Of a DNA stretch of 64,000 nucleotides, positions 12,124 to 23,256 are shown one piece after another. Origin of the DNA: Torpedo marmorata (Eukaryota); NCBI GenBank assembly GCA_977017645.1, contig OZ360222.1, positions 72,602,001 through 72,666,000 on the forward strand, given 5' to 3'. The notes beneath the pieces are model-generated. The model was not told where the DNA came from and searched no databases. It saw only the letters and a program-made list of their open reading frames with translations. A program made the position numbers and the translations under genes. Every line of letters starts with the position of its first letter. Position 1 is the stretch's first letter.

Positions 12124-14980
12124 TGTAGCCGACTGCTATGAAGAAACACACACACACGCAGTGTGGAAGGTTGATTGGTTGACATCAGCTGCATGAATAA
12201 CAATAGCGGGCGGAAACATTCTTGCATATGAATACCCTTCTTCCCCAGCCCGTTATTGATCTGTTAGCTGGGCAGCTTAGCCAGCGCCATTTTAGGGCTG
12301 CTGGTCTTGTATTGCTCCAGCTTTCAACCGCGCCGGTTCGCTATGCTAAGGGTCGCGTTACAGTGTGTTATGCCGCTGTTTACTACCGCGCGCGCCGTGC
12401 GATGTGCCGGCTCGATCTCCGCGGTGGCGGGCCGCCACATGACCCCCCCCCACCAGAACCAGCGCTACAGTTCATAGTGTCCGTGGATGCAGTCCACAAT
12501 GTCTTTGGTGGTCGGCCTCTGCGCCGAGGTGCTGGCGTCTCCACGGGTTGTGTCGGGTCCGTGTGTGCTGGCTTGAGCCTGTCTGCTGTGAAGACCTCTG
12601 GTTTGCCACCGATGTCCAGTTCGAAGGTGGCCCCGTTGTTCCGGACGACTCGGAAGGGGCCTTCGTAGGGCTTCTGTAGTGGTGGACGGTGTGGCCCTCT
12701 GTGTACAAACACATACTCACAGTCTTGGAGTTCTTTAGGGATGTTTAACTTGGCTTGCCCGTGTCTGGAGGGTGGGATTGGAGCCAGGTTACCGACCTTT
12801 TCCCGCAGCCTGTGCAGGAAGGTGGTTGTATCCTCCTGCTGACCTCTGGCCGGTGGGACGAAATCCCCGGGGACCATGAGTGGAGCTCCTTAGACGAGCT
12901 CGGCGGAGGATGTGTGGAGGTCTTCCTTCGGGGCTGTACGAATCCCCAGCAGTGCCCGTGGTAGTTTGTCAACCCAGTTGGGGCCCTTGAGTCTGGTCAT
13001 AATGGCGGCCTTGAGGTGCCTGTGGAAGTGCTCAACCAGCCTGTTAGACTGCGGGTGGTATGCTGTCGTGTGGTGTAGCTGAGCGCCCCACAGGTTGGCA
13101 ACGTCGGTCCACAGACTGGAGGTAAATTGTGCACCTCTGTCGGAGGTTATGTGGCATGGTAGCCCGAACCTTGCTACCCAGTACGAGATGAGTGCCTTGG
13201 CGCAGGACCTGGTGGATGTGTCGGCCACGGGGATTGCTTCTGGCCACCGGGTGAAACGGTCGACCACCGTGAACAGGTAGCGGAAACGCTGTGAGACTGG
13301 TAAGGGTCCCACTATGTCCACGTGAATGTGGTCAAACCTTCGCTCCGTTGGCTCGAAAGGCTGCGGGGGGACCTTGGTGTGCCGCTGTACCTTGGCTGTT
13401 TGGCACTGTGTGCATGTCTTGGCCCACCCGCTGACTTGTTTCCGCAATCCATGCCACGCGTACTTGTTGGCCACCAACCGGACCGTGGTCCTGATTGATG
13501 GATGTGCCAGCCCGTGGATGGAGTCGAAAACTCGTCGCCTCCATGCTGTTGGGACGATAGGTCGAACCTGCCCGGTGGCCACGTCGCACAGGAGGATAGT
13601 GTTACCTGTGCCGACTGGGATGTCCTGAAGCTGCAGCCCCGTGATCGTCCTGCTGCTGTGCCTCCGCCAGTGCCACGAAATCCAGTCCGTTAGCCAGAGA
13701 GTGGATGCTCTGTCTCGACAAGGCGTCCGCGACCACGTTGTCTTTTCCTGAGACGTCGGTGGTGTACTCCGAGACGTAAAACAAGTGTCTCTGCTGGCGG
13801 GCTGACCAGGGATCGGAGATCTTGGCCAGGGCAAACGTCAGTGGCTTGTGGTCCATGAAAGCCCTTCCCTCTAGTAAGTACCGGAAGAAGCAGATGGCTA
13901 AGTACAGCGCCAGTAGCTCTCTGTCGAAAGCACTGTACCTTAGCTCAGGGGGCCGCAGTTGTTTGCCGAAGAAAGCTAGTGGACGCCAACTTCCTTCTAT
14001 CTGCTGCTCCAGAACTCCACCAATCGCCGTTCCAGAGGCATTGACCGTGAGGGCTGTGGGTGCCTCTGACCTGGGGTGGGCCAGGAGTGTGGCATGAGCC
14101 AGGGCTTCCTTCGCTTCCACGAAAGCTCGTGCGGAGTTATCGTCCCAGGTCAAGTCCTTCGCCTTGCCGGTCATCAGGGTGAAGAGTGGGCACATGGTTC
14201 GAGTAGCTGCGGGGATGAATCTGCGGTAAAAGTTGACAATCCCTATGAACTCCTGCAATCCTTTGGTCGTACTGGGCCTCAGGAAGTTGTGGATAGCCTC
14301 CACTTTGCTGGGTAGTGGTGTGGTTCCGCATTTGGTAATCCTGTGGCCCAGGAAGTCAATTGTGCTCAGCCCGAACTGGCATTTAGCCAGGTTGATAGTA
14401 AGGCCAAACTCACATAGGCGACTGTAGAGGCTTCGGAGGTGTTGTGGATGTTCCTGCCGGGTTCTGCTCGCCACTAGGATATCGTCTAAGTAGACGAAGG
14501 TGCCGTGAAGGTCTCGGCCCACCGCGTCCATCAGTCGCTGGAAGGTCTGTGCCGCGTTCTTGAGCCGGAATGGCATCCTCAGGAACTCGAACAGCCTGAA
14601 TGGAGTGATGATGGCCGTCTTGGGGATGTTGTCAGGGTGTACCGCGATTTGGTGGTACCAAGTCCACTTTGGAGAAGATCGTCGCTCCGTGCAGGTTTGC
14701 CGCAAAATCCTGGATATGAGGCACGGGGTAACGATCTGGAGTGGTGGCCTCGTTAAGCCGGCGGTAGTCACCACACAGTCTCCAGCCCCCAGATGCTTTG
14801 GGCACCATGTGCAGGGGAGAAGCCCATGGACTGTCCGACCGCCGAACGATGCCTAACTCCTTGAGCTTGCGGAACTCCTCCTTGGCCAGTTGAAGCTTCT
14901 CCGGGGGAAGTCGTCTCGCCCTTGCGTGGAGAGGTGGACCCTTGGTAAGGATGTGATGTCTGACGCCGTGTCAGGGCACC
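12124..14980 (-). mobile_element. Ty3/Gypsy LTR retrotransposon, CsRn1-like, 5'-truncated (no gag or 5' LTR)
   Basis: 3' LTR at 12124-12439 (TGTGGC...GCTACA on minus), G-rich PPT at 12443-12455, and RT, RNase H and integrase ORFs. Confidence 0.9.
12383..14970 (-). pseudogene. pol: pol (RT-RNase H-integrase with GPF/Y module), frameshifted
   Basis: Motifs: [29 protein letters not shown]...YLDDIL, YSAFDRELLA, HIHVDIVGPLP...VDRFTRWPEA, TTAYHPQSN, PYEGPF. Confidence 0.92.
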
Positions 14981-15744
14981 TCCACATTTATCTTGGTACT
15001 TGAAAAAGTACAGAAATATAAAACTTTGGTTATGCCACTTTTGGAGTATTGTGTGCCGTTTAGTTACCACATTACAGGAAGAATGTGTAAACTTTGGAGA
15101 GAATGCAGAAAAGGTTCAGCTGGATGATGTCTGGAGAAAAAAAAAATCAAAGTTAACATTTAAGTCAATGAACTTTCATCAGAACTGGAAAAAGTTACAG
15201 AGGAACATGCTTTGGAATGCAGAGAAAGTATAGAGTAGGAGAGAACCAAAGTTTATACTGCACATTGAGTGAAAATATGAGGATTTGCACTGCACTATCA
15301 TTGAGAGCTACATACGGTCCTCAATCATGCTTATTCAGGAGTTGTGGCAATGTTATCTGTGCCAATCTTGTCAATAGGATATTTCCGTGTTGCATATTTG
15401 CCTGTACTGGAGCATAATTAGATGGTTTCCATACCCTATATTAGCTAAGTAAAGTACAACTGTAATTGAAGGTGAATGGCCTGCATCAGTGAAATTAAAG
15501 TCATGCATAAAAACAGTACATGAGTGTCCTCTAAAACCCCAGTCTTACTCCATAATTACGTTGAAAAATTCTAGGAAATTTTGAAATTCATATGAATAGA
15601 AACGTAGCTAGTGGGGGACCCAGAAATTGTAACAATTATATTAAAGTTAGCATTAAAAGGCAATTTTTTTTTTTAAAAAGGAGAAGGTGTTGTGTTAGTT
15701 TTGCCTCAATTGGACAGATCTGGACTGAGTGCCCAAAGCTTCAT

Positions 15745-16440
15745 TAAGCACGAGGAGCATTTAATAGCTCTGGGCCTATACTCACTGGAGTTTACAACGA
15801 TGAGGAGGATCTCACCAAATTATTCTGAATATTGAAAGGGCTATATAAATTGGACCTGGAGAAGATGTTTCCAGTAGCGGGAGAGTCTGGGACCAGAGGC
15901 ACAGCCTCAGAATAAAAGGATGTCCATTTAGAACAGAGATGAGGAAAACTGTCTTCAGTCAGAGGGTTGTGAATCTGTAGAATTCATTGCCACAGACAGT
16001 TGTGGAGTCCAAGTCATTGGGTATACAGTATTTAAAGCAGAGGTTAATAGGTTCTTGATTAATAAGAGTGTCAAAGATTACAGGGAGAAAGCAGGAGAAT
16101 GGGGTTGAAAGGAAAAATACATCAGCCATGATTTGAATGGCAGAGCAGACTTGAAGGACTGAATGGCCTAATTCTGCTCTCAAGTCTTATATAAAAACAC
16201 AAGGCTGGAGAAATTCAGCAGGGCAAACAATGTACTTTATATAGCAAAGATAAAAAATACAGAACCAACGTTTTGGGCATGAACCCTTCATCAAGCCCGA
16301 AAGGTTGGTTATGTATCTTTATCTTTGCTATATAAAGTACACTGTTTGACCTGCTGAGTTTCTCCAGCATTGTTTTTTTTAACCTCAATCATGGTGCCTG
16401 CAGACTTTTGTGTTTTACTCAAGTCTAATGGTCTTATGTT
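15745..16440 (+). mobile_element. CR1 LINE 3' portion, with a Penelope-derived insert in its tail
   Basis: ctcactggagttt...gatgtttcc...gggcacagcctcagaataaaagga...ttcagtcagagggttgtgaatctg and tail gaatggcctaattctgctc. Homologous to 43806-44340. Confidence 0.85.
16191..16417. mobile_element. Foldback made of two inverted Penelope pseudo-LTR pieces
   Basis: Arms 16191-16295 and 16296-16380 are reverse complements. TSD ctcaagtct(t/a)at at 16179-16190 and 16418-16429. Confidence 0.8.
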
Positions 16441-16747
16441 TCTACTTCATTTAATCTGGTTATTGTTATGATTTCTAAATTATCTGGATGTTGAATAAAA
16501 GTAAGACTAATGAGGTGTGAGAGCACTTCAGATGAAATAATGTCTAATGTTCTTGGAAGCAAGTCAGGTAAAGTGAATGTTAACCATGTGCAATATTTTC
16601 CTTATTCATTCTCTGACATTAAATTCCTGGTAAACTGAATGGCTTTTCTTATAACTCAAGAGTTTACTTTTCAGCTGTGGAGCACTCTTGTGAAATAAAT
16701 AGCCTTCTACTCACATAACCAAAAATTCCCTCTTCTTTCTTACTGCA

Positions 16748-16875
16748 AGGGCCGCCAAGCGACACTAATGGTGACTCTTTCTCTGCTTTACGGCAGGCAG
16801 AAGGCAATTTTGTGTAATATTACATGTTTTGTTGTACTATATTACCTGACAATAAAGGAATCTTGAATCTTGAAT
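16748..16875 (+). mobile_element. Short non-LTR 3' end
   Basis: gtgtaatattacatg...tgacaataaagg followed by a (AATCTTG)n tail. Related to the 3' end of 19900-20713. Confidence 0.55.
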
Positions 16876-17919
16876 AAATTTTTTTAAAACCTCAGAAAAT
16901 TAATAGCCATTTCATGATAAGAAAAAAAGAAATCACATTTACCTTTTACAATCTCAGAACCCAAACATATTCACAGTCAATGAATTACAATCCTTTTGAA
17001 TTTTATCTTGGTTATAAATAGTCCTAGACAAATGGTTTGTCAGAGATTTGCAACTCGCTGAGTGGATGAGAAAGAACGGGCCTAGAAATTAGGCCTCTTA
17101 GTATTCTTTTATCCAGACACTAAATGGCCAGCTGTTTCCAACATAGTTGACAGGAAGTCCATGTCAATTGACAGCCTGGATTATAGTACTAAGCATATTG
17201 GTAAAGCCTCAAGTGAATGAGTCTGAATTAGGTGCTTGATGCACTTACAGTACATATGTCACATGGTTCTCACTTTTCATCCAACCCATTGTTATCTCCT
17301 ATGAAGACGTTTCCTTTCTGATACAAGTCTGCTTCTCCCAACATAACAGGCTTATCTACAAACATTTTCCATTGCAAGTTACTATTTACTCCCATGCTCC
17401 CGAGCTGGATGCAAATGAGGCCTGTATTCAGTATTAAAAAAATCATTTGGGGTCAGGGAGCCTATCCTTACCTTTGGGTACACTTGAGGTTCCAGGCCTA
17501 AGTTTATTAGCTTGAGAGGAAACTATGTGTGACAATCTACCTTGCCATGTTACTTAGTGTAGGGAAATGTTGGTCAGCTTTAAAATGGCAGTTTCCCACA
17601 GGAATGAAAACCTCACCCAGGTCATCTCATGGTGCCCATAAACTCTTCTGAATGTTGCTATGTTAAACCAAGCAGTTTTCCATTTCTTTAACCCCTTATG
17701 TTATTTCTGTACTAAAATGGAGAGGAACCTGGGGGTATATGCACTTATTTATTTAAAGCTGATAAGACAGGCTAAGTTGTTTTAAAATGGGCTTTATACA
17801 CAGAGGCAATGACCACCACAGCAATTAAATCACATAAAACACTGGAGTATTACCTCAGATGTGAAGATGTGGAAAGATGTGAAGGCAAAGAGATGTAAAG
17901 GCAAAATATTTAACAAAAT

Positions 17920-18270
17920 AATTTCAGGGATGAGGAACTGTGATGAACAGACAGGAGAAATTGGAACAGAGGAAGGAAATCTGAGAGATATTTAAAATCA
18001 TGAAGAGTATACATAGAATAAATAGAAAGAAACTGTTTCCGTTAGTGGAGGAGTCAAGAACTAAGAAACAGAAATCAGATGATTAGTAAAATAACTATAA
18101 GTGACTTATTTTTACAGAGGGAGTGTGTATGGTTCAGAATTCAGTGTCAGGGTAATGGGAGCATGTTCAATTAAAGCATTCAATAGAGAACTGAATAAAT
18201 ATCTGAAAGTAAGTAATTTGTGGGGCCATGGGGAGAGGATGGGGAAGTGGAAGAAACTGGATTGTTCTTC
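17920..18270 (+). mobile_element. Old CR1 3' fragment
   Basis: Degenerate gaaactgtttcc...gagtcaagaact...tttacagagggagtg. Confidence 0.55.
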
Positions 18271-18278
18271 ATTTAAAC

Positions 18279-18652
18279 CAATGGTTTTCAAACTGCCCCC
18301 TAAACTCACATTCCACCTTAAGTAATCCCTATGCCATAAGTACTCTGTGATTAGTAAGGGATTGCTTAAGGTGGTATGTGAGTGGCGAAAAAAAGGTTGA
18401 GAACCACTGCTCTATACCCAATAGTTACTGAAATATTTTGCTTGAGAAAAATTGTCATTGGCCCATTTCCTTTGGAGTTATGAAACCGTGCACATAACGA
18501 GTGAATTAGGTACGATTAAAACAGTGGTTTTCAAACCTTTTTTTTCCACTCACATACCACCTTAAGCAATCCCTTACTAATCACAGAGCACTTATGGCAT
18601 AGGGATTGCTTAAGGTGGAATGTGAGTTTAGGGGGCAGTTTGAAAACCACTG
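18279..18652. mobile_element. hAT (Charlie-like) MITE, composite of two ~130-bp units
   Basis: TIRs ca(a/g)tggttttcaaactgccccc, with a perfect 8-bp TSD atttaaac at 18271-18278 and 18653-18660. Confidence 0.9.
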
Positions 18653-19899
18653 ATTTAAACCAATAAAGATCTGGTGGGCTTCCAAACTTAAACCATTCTG
18701 TAATTATGTAATTCAGCAGAACTCTTTATTCTCTGAAAACCGAAGGTTTATCTGATAAACAGCCCCATCACTTGGTCAAATAGTTTTGGATTTAGAAGCA
18801 GCATTTCTTTCCAACGAATGGAAATCTCATTTTAAGTAGCTACAGCTTTTCGCAAAGTTGTCCTTGTTTCAGTCATAGTGCTGGAGTGCTGCAGCAGAAT
18901 AAATAATCAGGATCATTCTTGGAAATGTTGGCGGCTGTGTGGAAGTAGCCAGGTGCTAAATAAACTTTTTTTTTTCATTTTGAAAGATTAGGTATTGGAA
19001 AATTCACCACATCAGTTTCATCTGACAAGTTTATTATCACTCTGTTTTAAACTTGTCTGGAAAGCTCTTGTGCAATGTGATGGAGAGGCAAAGTCAAATT
19101 TATTTTCCATTAGTAAGCTTACTTTACAAACGCTTCTGAAAATTAAATGAAATAAATTTGCTGTGATGTTATTAAAGTAACATAGGATTGCCTGGCAGCA
19201 TGTTAAAAAATGAGCTTCAAAATCCCTTCAAAACATGTTTCTTTAACTGTGTCTGTGTTTGATTTGGACTCATGCTAAAGCCACCAATTCCCAACATCTA
19301 TTTTGTTAAGTTCAGCTACCAGAATTATTTCTCTTGCTAAGTAAATCCAGAGCATTTATAATGGAGTTGTGAACATCATGGACTGCTAGCACTCCACCAA
19401 AACCAATGTAAAAACAATCTTTGGATTGCAATCTTATCCTCTGATAAAATCTCTCACATTTTCCACTAGGATACCCATATCTTTTTTCTTGAAAAGAACT
19501 ACAAAATACTTTGTTATGTGGAAGGTACAACACTGCTAAGCATCAAATGAGGAACATGTTACGCTTGCCATTAATATCAGATGGGGACAGAATGTTAAAC
19601 ATGTCCCGAAGTTGTTTTTATGGAGAACTGTAGAAGTAAAGTGTTCAGACAAAGATTTGGGGTTTTTTCCTCTGTCATTTTTTTAGTGGCGTACTGTTAG
19701 GCTATTCAGGTAAGCGTCTCTTTCAACAGTGGCATTTTATTCTTCACAGATGATCAAGTTTATTTTTTAAATGATATTGACAAGGTCACATTTAATGCCC
19801 ATCTCTGCTTGGCTTCAGAACCTGGTAGCAAACAATCTCCCTAATCCACTACTGTTCTTGATAGTGCTTACACAATGAAGTTGGGTAAAGAGACTCAAT

Positions 19900-20713
19900 A
19901 TTCAAGATTCAATTTATTGTCATAGTAATAAAACAGTGTCATATTACATGAAATTTCTTTTTCCCTACTGCAAGGCAGACAGATTCGCCACCGGCAAAAA
20001 TTGCCTAAGCGCCTCTTACATTCCTTACAGTCAGAGAAAGAGAAGCAAAAGAGAGTCCCCCCAGAGTCACCGAGTGTCCGTAGATTCACCTCCAGTGCTT
20101 CCGCAGCCTCTGCAGTCACACAGAGTCCAGTCCAAACCATCAGCAACCCGAGCTCCAGATCCGAACCTCCGACACGGTCAGGAACCCTTCGGCGCCCTCG
20201 GCACCCCTCGCATCCCGGTTCCGATACCTGGTACTCCTCCAGCCAGTTTCAGCCAGTCTCCAGCAGCCCAGAGCCTCAAGGGTTCCTCACCTCGATTCGC
20301 CAGCAGCCCGCCGCATGCAGTGGTCCTTCAGCCTCAGAGCCCCTCACTGGTCCGCCGCTGTGGTCACCGTCCCGTGGGTTGTCTCCTCCGCTTCTCCTTC
20401 TCAGATGGGGGGGTGATCTTTCCGTCCTTTGGTACCCTGCTCCAGCCCTCCGTTTCCCTGGAGTCTGCAGCTCCTCATGGCTGCTGCCGATTAATAGGCG
20501 CTGCCATCTTGGGCGCAGACCCCGCGGTCGCGGGATCTCAAATAAAACCACCGTCGGCTCCCTCAACGGGCCGTTCAAAGCCCATGTGGAGCCGACAGCA
20601 GTCGACTGGGTGGCTGGACCCCGCGGGAACGCTGCATCTCCGCTTCCTCGCTCCCTGCAGGTCCGCACCAGCGGCAGTGCTGCCGCTACAGCGGCTCCGG
20701 CAGAGCCGCCATT
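19900..20713 (-). mobile_element. Non-autonomous non-LTR retroelement: GC-rich 5' part starting aaatggcggc, LINE-type 3' tail
   Basis: Colinear with 60155-60992. AATAAA plus a short tandem tail at the 3' end. No RT and no tRNA boxes seen. Confidence 0.7.
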
Positions 20714-20794
20714 TCCATTTATGGAATTGCGGAAAGAACAAGATTCTGAACCAACAGCAAGGATAGGTGGTATACTCCTATGTCAAGTCAAAGA

Positions 20795-21355
20795 GAAATG
20801 ATCGTAGAGTCAATCAGCATGGAAACAGGTCCACGCCAACCAGTGGACACCATCTGTATTGATCCCATCTTCCAGCACTTGGCCCACAGCCTTCAATGCT
20901 AAGCAATTCAAGGGTTTATCTGGACACCTCTTAAATGCTGTCAACAATTCTGGTTCTACCAATCACTCCAGCAACTTTCCAGGTCCCTACCACTCTCTGG
21001 GTGAAAAAGGTCCCTCTCAACTCTCTAAATCTCTTATCCATTACACTAAATTTATGTCATCTAGTCTAATTCACCTCTGATGAAGGGTAAAATATTTCTG
21101 CAGTCTACCCCACCTATGCTCCTCATAATTGTATGTGCCTTCTTCATCTCCTGTACACCAGGGAAAACCAATCTAGCATCTCCAGTCTCTTCTCATATCT
21201 AATAACTCCATCTCAGGTAACATCTTGGTGGATATCGTCTGCACCCGCTCCACATCCTATCACATCCTTCCCATAGTGTGCTGATCAGAATTGCATGCGC
21301 TACTCCAGCTGAGGTCCGACCAATGTTTTGTAAAATTGGAGCATTACCTCTCTGC
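20795..21355 (-). mobile_element. CR1 LINE 3' fragment
   Basis: Reverse-strand CR1 tail (cagcatggaaacagg) and RT C-terminal remnant (tactccagctgaggtccgaccaatgttttgta, a YKTLVxPQLEY-like motif). Confidence 0.7.
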
Positions 21356-21849
21356 TCAGATGGTCTCCCTTCCTGATTTTTCCATTCTTAGTGGTGGAGG
21401 TCACTGGAGTTGAAATCACCTTGGGCAGTTGTTAAGTCAATCAGCAGATAATACGTAACATAACACAGCATTAGGTGGGTAGAAGAAATAGTTATTAAGC
21501 AAATCATGTGTCTTAAATACTACTGAGCTTGCTGGATGTTGTTGCAGCTGTACCAGTCAGACCCATGACCTGAACCTTGTAAATTGTGGACAGTTTGAGA
21601 TCTTTTTTCTTCAGTTTTTGTTTCCTTCTTTCTGTTAACAGATCATTCCCCTCTCTGAAATCCACATAAATGAAGGACGTCTCAAATACTTGTTATTTTG
21701 CATACCATTGCATTGAGCACTGAAACTCAATGCCAACACTGATGTTTAATCGTTTGGGAATTACAGTCAGTACAAAGGTCGTTGTAGCTACAGTTATCTT
21801 TGTGACTTTACCATTCTGGCTTCCAATAGTATGGTAAAAATTACTAATA

Positions 21850-22514
21850 CAGTAAAATCCCCTGTATCTGGAATTCAACCAACTGGCAACCCCAAGCAAC
21901 TGGCAAAAAAATCGAGGGAATAAAAAAATTAATTAATTAAAATAAATAAGAATAAATAAAAATTGTAAAAGTAAATGTTCACCGAAGCAACACACAAACA
22001 CACAGCCCCTTGGTGAAGATGGGAGCAAACATTCATCCAGCAGAGCGCCCTGGTCATGCCCCACCCGCAGCAGATGTTTGAATAAAGTTGTGTTTGAATA
22101 AAATGGCAGCGCCCAGGATGAAGAGCTGGCCAGTGCCACTCGCTGCTGGGGCAATTCTCCCAAAGTATCCCCCTATTCCAGCCTAATAAGAGTCTTCATC
22201 TTTATTAGTATATTATTAAGTATATTAGTAAGGCTTTATCTGTAAACTTGGGGAGGGGGGATTAATTATGACGGCAGCACGGTGTCGTGTTGAGAAGAGT
22301 TTCAGGTTTGGTGGGTTCACAGAGAGACGAGTCTGGACACAAGCATTACAATCACACGTAACTTTTATTAACACACGGGAAACAAATGGGAGAACGTTAA
22401 ACGGTACTTGATCACTATTTCACTTAAGCGATGATATAGACATTCACCTCGGACTTCGATTGGACTCCTACAACAGTAAACCTATACTCAACCCGCTCAC
22501 ACTACATACAGGGA

Positions 22515-22545
<31 letters not shown>

Positions 22546-23256
22546 GGTTCCCTGTACCAATGGGGTTGTGGCTCTCTGCGAGTACCGACCTATCACAGTA
22601 CTAACGGCTCAGCTTCAGTGTAGTGCACACCTTATCCACGACACATCCAGCGATGTCCACAGTAGCGACCTGGCATGGAGCGATGTCCGGGGCTTGGACC
22701 ACGAGGCAGAGAGAAAGAATGTGCTGTGCATTGGTGTTATATACAGTGCTAATCTGTGCTTCTGGCCAATAATGACCCTAGGTCATTTAAATTAGCCAAC
22801 GGCAAGGTGTGCACTAATGGGTGGCCGGAGTCCAACCTTGATTGACAGGTGATGTTACTTCTGAATAAGTTTCAGATGGGGAGGACACGTGACCACCCGC
22901 AATACACACATTCCAGACAGGCATGGAGGCCACGTTTCCTCTACACACAACACACAGTTCGCGTAGCGGTTAGTGCAATGCTGTTACAGCGCCAGCGACC
23001 AGGGTTCGAATTTAAAGTTAAATTTTGTAAGTTACAGAAATTATCTAATTAAAGTGAACTTTACATAATTAAGGACTACAAAATAGATTTTTTTCAAATT
23101 ACTTTACATTTTGCAATGTCTTTTGTCTTCTAAACTGTTTATTCTTAATGTGAGTCTATTAGTTAGGCATTGTAAGAGTGTTTCTCAGGCAACCGGAAAA
23201 TTTGCATTTCCGGCATCTGTAATCCCGGTAGGTCCCAGATACCAGGGATTTTACTG
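21850..23256. mobile_element. Tc1/mariner (Tigger-like) non-autonomous DNA transposon with nested SINE fragment and solo LTR
   Basis: TA-cagtaaaatccc...gggattttactg-TA. Second copy, inverted, at 32649-33364. Confidence 0.85.
22283..22952 (-). mobile_element. Solo LTR
   Basis: Ends tgtcgtgt...acacaaca. 5-bp TSD cacgg/cacag splits a SINE head (ggcagcacgg | ttcgcgtagcggttag). AATAAA and TATA-like motifs on the minus strand. Confidence 0.75.

Noticed and set aside
19560-19645. Possible RTE RT C-terminal remnant (FYGEL-like)
   Set aside because: Too short and degenerate to delimit with confidence.
19936-20801. Two overlapping long plus-strand ORFs (276 and 266 aa) as a host gene
   Set aside because: They lie antisense within a GC-rich multi-copy repeat, give low-complexity S/P/R products, and are not preserved in the 60155-60992 copy.
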